Below are positions 16,373 through 26,100 of a stretch of 28,022 bases of DNA, piece by piece; positions within the stretch are counted from its first letter, which is position 1, and every line of letters begins with the position of its first letter. The notes under the pieces were generated by a model, which was not told where the DNA came from, did not search any database, and worked only from the letters and a program-made list of their open reading frames with translations. Both the position numbers and the translations under genes were made by a program. The DNA comes from Flavobacteriales bacterium (lineage in GTDB: Bacteria > Bacteroidota > Bacteroidia > Flavobacteriales_D > Crocinitomicaceae), in the NCBI GenBank assembly GCA_018883325.1, contig VEQH01000059.1, forward strand, positions 1 through 28,022. Direction: 5' to 3'.

Positions 16373-17160
16373 AGTTAAAAGTGAAGAGAGAAAAGTTAAG
16401 AGTGAGAAATGTGCTATTAAAAAATGAATTGAAAATGTAAAATTGAATGACAAATTCAGATTACTTCGGTGAAACGATTCACTAGAATTTTCTTCGACTT
16501 ATAAGCCTCAATTAAACATTAACACTTCGACGGACTCAGTGTGGGAAATTAAGCATTAAAAATTCGATTTTCTTCGACCCAAAATTTTTATTCAACATTA
16601 AGCATTAAAAATTCAACATTTAAATAGCTCAATAAAAAATGTTAACCACATAGAAACATAGAAAAAATAGAACCGCTTTGCGGAGAAAAGTTGAAATTAA
16701 ATACAAAATTCAACATAAAAAATTAACACTTCGAGAGGCTCAGTGTAAGAAGTTAAAAGTGAAGAGAGAAAAGTTAAGAGTGAGAAATGTGCTATTAAAA
16801 AATGAATTGAAAATGTAAAATTGAATGACAAATTCAGATTACTTCGGTGAAACGATTCACTAGAATTTTCTTCGAGCCAAAATCCCAATTCAACATTAAC
16901 ACTTCGGCACACTTCGACACACTTCGACGGGCTCAGTGTAAAAGCTCAGTGTAAAGGCTCAGTGCGAGAAATTAAAAATTCAAAATTCGATTTTCTTCGA
17001 GTAGTAAACCCCAACCAAAAATCAAGCATCAAAAACCAAAAATCCCTTCTTCGAGTTATGAATCCTAATTCAAAATTCAACATTAACACTTCGACACACT
17101 TCGACGGGCTCAGTGTAAAAGCTCAGTGTAAAGGCTCAGTGCAAGAAATTCAAAATTAAC
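16373..17160 (+). repeat. Mosaic intergenic repeat locus 2, immediately 3' of the giant gene
   Basis: It contains two identical 125-bp copies (16373-16497 and 16751-16875). TTCTTCGNG punctuation occurs at 16489, 16569, 16867, 16992 and 17047. ACTTCGRCAC is present at x3 (16901-16930) versus x2 (17088-17107), and GCTCAGTG-type units at x3 (16931-16965 and 17108-17142). The family homology ends at about 17157, 3 nt from the TAG of the giant ORF (17161-17163). Confidence 0.9.
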
Positions 17161-20100
17161 CTACGGTGGACTCAAAAAGATAATACTCGGCAAGGTAAAC
17201 GTGCTTATCGTACACGATTGGATGGAGCTTGGACAAGTAGTTGCGGTATTGGTTACAACAACAGAATAAGTTCCTGCGACGCCTGTGGAGAGACTTGGAA
17301 CGTTGCCCGGTGCTGGTACGCCACTTGGAACTGTCCATGCGTAAGAATACGTGCCTGCTGGGCTTGGGGTGGCGGAAACAGTTGTGGTGGTACCCGCACA
17401 AATATTGTTACAATTCACAGCAACTGTTGGACTTGGATTAATCGTTACAGTAGCGGTTGTAGCTGAATTTGTACAGCCTGCAGCATCTGTTGCGGTTAAT
17501 GTGAATGTACCTCCTGTTGACCCCATGGTTACAGTTGGACCTTGCGAGAAGGCATTTGGTGTAAAAGTTACACCTGCTGGACCTGTCCAAGAATAGCTTG
17601 TCATTCCTGCTGGGCCTCCTGTTAATGTCAATGTTCCAGCGATACAAGAGCTTGTGCTTGAAAGTGAAGCCGTTACGTTTGGCAATGCGTTAATGGTCAC
17701 ACTTGCTGTTGTTGTGAAAATCGGACAGCCATTTGCAGCTGGAAGTGTGTAAGTAACGGTGTAAGTTCCGTTTGTACTAGCGTTTGGTGTGATCTCTCCT
17801 GTTGTTGTATTAATTGATAAACCGCTTGGCGTTGCAGAGAAAGAACCGCCTGTTGTTCCACTAAAGTTTACACTTTGAACCGTTGTGATATTTCCACAGA
17901 ATGGCCCACTGTAACTGATGTTTGCCGTTGGCGCAGCGGTGATTGTTACTTGAGTAGTTACACTTACAGCTTGACAACCACCTGCAGCAGGAATGGAATA
18001 AGTTATAGTGTATGGACCTCCTGGAGTACTTGAACTTGGGGTAATTGTTCCATTGAGTGAATTAATTGTTAAACCACTTGGCGTTGCTGAATAAGTACCT
18101 CCTGAAGTTCCTGAGAAAGTTACTGTTTGCGCTCCAGTACTTGAACAGAATGGACTTCCAGAATATGAAATATTAGCTGTTGGTGCACTGATAATAGAAA
18201 CTGTAGCGGTAGCTTGAACTTGTGGACAACCATTTGCTGCTGGAATAATATATTCAACCGTATAATCTCCAACAGCGTTTTGATCGGGTGTAAATTCTCC
18301 TGAATTTGTATTGAAATTTACTAAACCTCCTCCTGTCCAATATGCTCCCGTTTGACTGCCTGTTGTGGTCAATGTTAATGAAGATGAAGTAGAAGAACTT
18401 ACACAAAATGCTCCACTAGAAAGCGATGCCGTTGGTGGATTTGTAATTGTTACTTGTACTGTATTACTTACAACAACAGAGGCACAGCTTGCAACAATTT
18501 TAACAAAATAAAAACCTGAAGAGGTAGGTGTAAAACTTGGAGAAGCACTTGGAGCACCTTGTGAAACTGCTGGACTTGAACAATCATCAGCATTTCTTCT
18601 AAACCACTCATAAGTTAATGAACCAGTTGAAGTTGCAGAAACAGTTAAAGGAGTTACGTTTCCTGCACAAGCATTAACAGCAACAGGTTGGGTAGTTATT
18701 GTTATTGGTTTGTAGGAATTAGGGGTGAAATCTACACCCGCGTAGCGATAGGTGGACGCTAATGTTTTTGTCCAATTGGCTGCTGGATTAGCAGCACCTA
18801 AATCTGTAAAAGATTGAAGTTGAATCCCAATTGCAGATGGAGAGGTGGTCGAATTCGCAGTTGTTGCATAGAGAATAGGATTTGTACCTGAATAATCCAC
18901 AACTAAACCTCTAGCAGTATTTCCCGTTATTTTATAGTTTTCAGCTATAGGCCAAGTTCCTGATGCTGTTTTATTAAATCTTAATACTCCTCTACGCGCA
19001 GCTGCAGATGAACCATCATCCGCCGTATAAATAGTACATCCATCAGGGCTAATTGAAAAATCAATGATATTATTACCTGTGTAACTAAAAATCAATGTAG
19101 CAGTTTGTCCTGTTGTTGTGGGTAAGCCAGAACCAATTTGGTAAATACCTCCGCTAGCTGCTTTCACAGAAACATATAAATTCCCATTAAAGATTTCAAT
19201 ATTTTGAGCATTTATAATTTGATTACTACTACAGATTTGAATTGGAGCTGAATTATTACCGTCAAAATACCAAACACCCCCGACAGGATTATTAGCATTA
19301 CCTCCTGCACAATAAAAACTATTTGCTTGAGGGCCAGGAATTGCACTTGTAAACCTAAGACCTAAATACGGTGATCCAGCAAGCGTAGAAAATGTCTCTG
19401 TTCTAACTGGGCTTGCAGAACCATTAAGTATAACTGTTTTTTTGGGATTAGCAGCTTCTGTTTGAGATGAAGGCGTTGATCCAGTTCCCGGCACAGCTAA
19501 CTGTCCGTTATAACTGTTCATGAAACCTATTAAATTTCCATTGGTAGAAAATGAACCATTTTGGGTTAATGTACCAGAAAAAGGTGCATGATTTAATATA
19601 AAACTCCCCGATCCACTTGGATTCCATTCATCAATTGTAACTGGCACTTGAACGTTTGTTGTAGAGGTTAAAGTTGTTGATCCATCACCTAGTTTATACA
19701 CAACTAAATTACATTCTTGAAAACTATTACAACCAGAATTGTAAGTTATGTTTGAACTGACATTGATCAGTCCTCCACATGCACCACTTGATATATTTGT
19801 TAAAGTCACAACAACATTTTCACCATTTAAAACAGTAGGATTTGTTAAAGCAATAGTCGCTTGTCCTGAACTATTAAGTACAACTGAATTCAAAGGTGTT
19901 GCTGTTGCACCTGTTACAGTATAAGAAACAGTTGCACCCGCTAAACCATTAATGGTAATTGAAGCACCCGAAGAGCATAATACAGGAGGAATACTTGAAA
20001 AAGTTGGATCAGCCACAGTTGTCGGAGCTGCATTAATTGTTACAGAAGTCGATGCAGGTGAAGGGCAACCCGCTGCATTTGTTACTGTAAATGTGTAAGT

Positions 20101-23100
20101 TGTTCCAGGAGCTAAACCACTGATTGTACCTGTTGTTCCTGTTCCAGTTGCAGTTACTCCACCTGGAGAAGCAGTTACAGTCCAAGTGCCCGATGAAGGT
20201 AAACCACTCAAGGCAACTGATCCTGTAGGAACAGCACAGGTTGGTTGGGTAACAGTTCCCGGAATCGGTGCTGATGGTGGTGGAGAAACAGTAACATTTA
20301 AAGTATTTGATGTTCCTGCACAACCATTCAGTGTTGGAATAATGTTATAAACTACTGTCACAACGTTTGAAGCTGTTAACACATCAGCGATTGTTCCTGT
20401 TGTTTGTACCGCAGTAGTTTCTCCTGTAACGTTGATGTTATTGGTAGCATTCCATTCAAATGTTGCACCACTCGGCGAAGAAGTCAATGGAATATTCAAA
20501 GCGACTCCACTACAAACAGTCACAGGCGTATTGGTAATTGTTGGCGGCGCAGTAATTTCCATAGTCACTACACTTGTTACACCCGTATTCGTACAACCGC
20601 CACCACTTTGATACGAAACACTCGTAATCGAATAAGTATAAATTGTTGCAGTACCTGTTGGAACTGAAAGCGGAGTCGTGTTATTTCCTGAAACGTTAAC
20701 AGGAGTTTGCGCAACGCCATTGATCGTATATGCAACAGTTATCGGCAACGATTGCGGATTTGTTACAGTTACAATTGGTGAAGCTGCATTTTGACACGCA
20801 CTTGCAACGCTTGTTGTTAAAGTGGCAGTTGGCGCAGGATTCACCGTAATTATTGCACTTCCACCAGACGATTGAGAACAAGGAGAACCACTTGTGTATG
20901 CAATACTTACTAAATTGTAAGTGAAAGTTCCTGGTGTTCCTGTTGCTACGGCTACATCCGTTGAACTATTTGCAGCAACAATCACAGTACTGTTTACGCC
21001 ACCAAGCGCATAAGTCATTACAACTTCCGCACTTGAGGTATTGGTGAAAGTTAAATTTGTTATACTACCTTGACAAACGGTTGCTGCGCCAGTCATTGTT
21101 CCTGTTGGCAATGGATTGACTGTTACAACAGCGCTTCCTGTTAATGGAGAACTACAAGCGTTAGCACCTGTATATTCAACACTTTCTAAGTTATAAGTAA
21201 AAGTACCGACAGCTGAAGGCGTAAATGTTACAGTTGAAGTAGCATTTGCACTGATGTTAATTGTTTGACTAGCACCTCCATTAAAATTGTAAGTAACAAC
21301 AACACCAGAAGTTAAACTTGGATTGCTAAAGGTTATCGTTGTTGGCGTTGCTGGATTTGTCAAACACAAAGTAGTTGTACCACTTATTGTTGCTGTTGGC
21401 GCAGGAAGCACGTTCAAAGTTGCAGTTTGTCCTGTCAAGGCACTAGAACAAGTACTGTAATTTGCATAAGATACACTTGTCAATGAATAGGTAAAAGTTC
21501 CTGACGGCGTTGTGTTGGGATAAATCGTGTAAGTTCCATTCGCTGGCACAAGTACCGTTGTTGCTGAACCACCTGTAAAAGTGTAAGTTACTTGTTCATC
21601 GTAGGGTCTTGGATTGGTAATTGTAAAACCAGTTGCATTTCCATTTTCACAGACAGTTTCAGCACCGAAAAGGGTTGCTGTTGGTAATTGCAACACAAGC
21701 ACGGAAATTGAACCTGAAACAGGCGACGGACAAGCATTCCCACTGGTGTAACTTGCTGATTCAAGCGTATAAACATAATTTCCAGCTGTAGAAGTAGGTG
21801 CAGTTACTGTGTTTGTTCCCGAAGCAGGAATAGTGATTGTATTTGGCGTTGATCCAATTGTATAGTTAACAGAAACAGCTGTTGAACTGAAATTTGTAAA
21901 AGTCACAGTTGGCGCTGTTGCACCTTGACAAACGGTTGCGTCACCAGTGATTGAAATGGACGGCGTTTGAATCACGGTTATCGTTGCAGAGCCCGTTGCT
22001 GTTGCCGAACAACCTGCACCGCTATTGAGCGCAACACTTACCAAGTTGTAAGTATATGTTCCAGTTGTCGCAGTTGAAACAGGAATAGTTCCCGTTGCAC
22101 CAGCTCCAATAACCATAGTTTGGTTGGGATTTCCTGTAAGATTGTAAGTTACAGTAACCGCAGCTGAGTTTGGATTGCTAATTGAAATATTGGGAGCTGA
22201 AGCACCTTGACAAACGGAAGCCGTTCCAGAAATCGTAACCGTTGGTAAGGGAACAACATTGAAAATTGCTGAACCAGAAGCTGTATTCGTACAACCACCC
22301 GGTGTATTGAAAGCAACTCCTGTCAAAGCGTAGGTAATTGTTCCACTTGTGGCGGTATTAACTCCGACAGTTGCTGTTCCATTTGCAGGTACAAGAAGCG
22401 GAGTGGCAGCAACACCATTTACGGTATATGAAGCAAGTACATCTGAAGCGTTTGTATTGGTAAACGTTACAATTGGCGAAGCTCCATTTTGACAAACAGT
22501 TCCACTTCCAGAAATGGTAACACTTGGTAAAGGCGTTATCGTAACAGTTGCTGTACCTGTTTGTGTCAAAGCACAACTGGGTGTTCCACTTTGAAATTGT
22601 ACAGTTGTTATTGTATAGGTATAAGTTCCAACGGTACTTGTTGGTACTAAAACGGTTGCTGTGCTGTTGCCATTTACCCCAACGTTAAAATTTTCTGGAC
22701 TTCCACCGTTAAGTGTACTGGTGTAATAGACTAAAACTTGATCCGCATTTGGATTGGTAAATGTAATAGTTGGTTGGGTTGCATTTTGACAGACAGTAGT
22801 TGTTCCAGAAATAAAAGCACTAGGCGTTGGGCGCACAGTAATGGTTGAGGAAGCTGTGATTGGAGAACAACCTGGAGGTGTATAAGTGACACCATAAGTT
22901 GTGGTTGAACCTGGTGTTACGATAATAGAAGTCGTTGTTTGTCCACCCGGCGACCAAAGATAAGTTCCACCACCTGAAGAAACAGTTGTCGATAAATTAA
23001 CAGATGTTCCACTACAAATCGTTGATGAAGGTGTTAAAGTTATTGTTGGAGAAGGCGTTACCGTTACCGTTACTTGCTGAGAACTTGGTCCACATGCGTT

Positions 23101-26100
23101 TGTATTCGAAATTGTATAAGTTCCTGAACCTACTGTTGTAGGGTTTCCAACAGAATACGTCAAAGGTCCATCTAATGTTGATGTTGGAGGAGGTGAAACA
23201 AGCGTGGTTAAATTTACATTTCCACAACTTGTAACACTGTTAGTTGTGAGCACTAAATTCGGAGCAACAGTTGTCACATTGATGGAAGTACCAGACAAGG
23301 TAGTATTTGCACAACCTGCTATTGTGTAAACACTTGTAATATTGTAAGAAACATCTTGCGTTGGTGTGACGCTAATCGTATGCGGATTGTTAGAAGTTGT
23401 AAAAGTTGTAGGAGTTGAACCACTTGCTGTTACAGTGTTGTAAGTTACTGTCCAAGGCGCACTACCAGTGAAAGTAAATGTTAAAGTAGAGGATTGATTC
23501 GTTACTGAACAAATATTTGATGGACTTGCGTTTACGGTAGCAGTTGGCGGGTTATTTATCGTTAAAACAGCTGAGTTCGAGTTTACTGTTCCACAAGGTC
23601 CAACAATGGTGTAACGGTAAAGATAACCATTCATTCCTGAGGTTACGCCTGTTAAAGAAAGCGTTGAAGTTGTAACACCAGCGTAAACTCCACCTTGTGG
23701 TACATTGTTCCAAGAACCTCCGTTGTCGGTACTAAATTGCCATTGACCATTGCTTCCTGGTCCTGTGACGTTGGAAGTGAAACTTGTGTTTCCTCCCACA
23801 CATACGCTTGCATTAACAGGTTGTGACAGAAAAGTATTAGGCTGAACAATTATGTTTAAAGTTACTGGCTGAAGTGGACCGCAACAAGAAGAAGTAATGT
23901 TCAAGTTAACTGCAAAAGTTAAATTCGTTGTACCTGTATTTGTGAAAGTAATATTTGTTGAACCACTTGTTGAAGATGCAATTGTTGCAGTTCCACCAGA
24001 GGGAGGATTTGTAACTGTCCAAGAATAAGTTAATCCACCTTGATTAATTGTAGAAGCTGTGAAATTTGCTGTTCCCGGACAAATCGTTGTAGAAGCTGTA
24101 ATGATTGAAGGAGTAGTTGTTGATGCAGCTATTAAAATATTAGTGAAACCTGTATAGTATGTAACATTTGTAGTAATTGTTTTTCTACCAATTGATGAAT
24201 ATTGAGTAGTTAAATTTCCACTTGCTGGCGAAGAACCCGTTCCAAAATTGGTAAAATTTGCAGCAGTTGCACCAGTATGTGTAATATTTGTATTGGTACA
24301 AGAGATGTTGGTAGCTGTAATTACAGGTTGTCCAGCTAGATTGAAATTGGTTATGCTTGTTGCTAAAGGAAGACTAGTACCATAAAAATAAACAGGTACT
24401 GAAACACCATTTCCACCATTTCCGCCTGTTCCACCAGCGCCACCAGCGCCACCAGCACCACCAGCACCACCTCTGTTACAATCACCATCACCGTTTGAAC
24501 ATGGATTTCCTGCGGCGAATGGAATAACTGGACCGCCTGTTCCACCAGCACCACCAGCGCCACCAGCGCCGCCTAATCCAAGTGCTCCTCCGTTTACAAA
24601 GCAATCTACAAGACTTCCGACTGGTGTTACGCAGTTATTTAAAAATAAACCAAAGGAGCTTCCTCCTCCAAAACCACCTGATCCTGCACCGCCTCCGCCT
24701 CCGCCGCCTGAACCACCAGAACCTCCACCACCAGAAGCTTTGCAACCATCATCATCGCATCCAGCACCACCTCCACCTCCTCCACCAGATCCACCAGTAC
24801 CTGCTGTTCCATTTGTACCATAAGATGGATTATAAAACCCTCCTGTATAGTTATTTGTAGCAAGTGTAATTCCTGGATTTCCTGGATTTCCTGGACTACC
24901 ATTACCTCCAGCACCACCATCACCTGGAGAACCTGCACCGTTACTACCCTCTCTAACACCTGCAATACCAGCACTTCCACCACCTGGTCCACTACCTGCT
25001 ATACCTGGATTTCCGTTTGTGCAATTGCTGTACTGATCATCTCCACTTGCGGATCCCCCTCTACCTCCTGCAAAACCATTTGTCGCTGAACCACCAATTA
25101 TTGCTGCATTTGCTCCACCTAATCCTGCGGTACCTCCGTTTCCATAAGCCCCTGGTCCGTCAGATTGACATAATACCAAACCTTGTGATGAATTACCTTT
25201 ACTTCCTGTAATTCCTGAGCCTCCATTAGTTCCTGCTGTACCAGGAGAACCGGCATACCCAGCACCTGCAGCACCTGGTAATATCTGACATCTTACTATA
25301 TCGTAGTTGGAACAATTTGTTAGATAAATACCATAAGTAGAAATCCCTTTTGGATAAGTTGGTGTTGCAGCTGGAGCAGCGGCAGTTGTAATTGTTAAGT
25401 CTTGTAACCTAAAATTACTTTGGTTCAAACCTTGTAATGCTACAAGTCTTCCAGCATCGGGTAAGCCTTCTGGGTTTAAAGCACTTCTTGTAATGGTCGT
25501 TGCCCCTGCTTGACTGGTTTTTGTCGTGTAACCCACGTTATAACCTCCTTCTATTGTCATTGCTGAACCAATAGAAAGAGGGTTATCAAGCGTATAGGTT
25601 CCTGTTTGTAATTTGATAATTGCATTGTTACACGCCGCGAGTAATATAGCATTTGCCAAAGTGGTAGGTGAACCCGCTGCTAATCCTGTACCTCCACCTG
25701 AAGGAGAGGCAAAAATCACATTACACGATGCTGGATTTGCAGATGGTCCTGAAACGGTTGTACTTGCCGTACCTGTACAGCCAGAAGCTGTAGTTACAGT
25801 AACTGTGTAAGTACCAATTCCTCTACCTGTCCAAACAGAAGAAGGAACGTTATTTTGAACATAAGTACCTGTGTTCCAATTATAAGAACAGCTTGAGCAA
25901 TTCACACCATTCACCAAAGAGGTAGCGGTCAAATCTACCGTTCCTCCAGAACAAACAATTGGATTTATTGGAGAAATACTTACCACAGGATTTGCAGCAA
26001 TTGTTACAGTTGTGCTTGTTGTTTTTGTACAGCCGCCATAAGTTACGGTAACGGTGTAAGTTGTTGTTGAGGATGGAGTTACAGTTGTTGAGGAAGTATT

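Noticed and set aside
16373-17160. Whether the repeat arrays (here and at 27303-28022) are a CRISPR array
   Set aside because: There is no constant-length repeat alternating with unique spacers. Distances between the recurring TTCTTCGNG motif are irregular (28-298 bp). Almost the whole unit, not just a 25-40-nt core, is repeated. No cas genes are present in the window.
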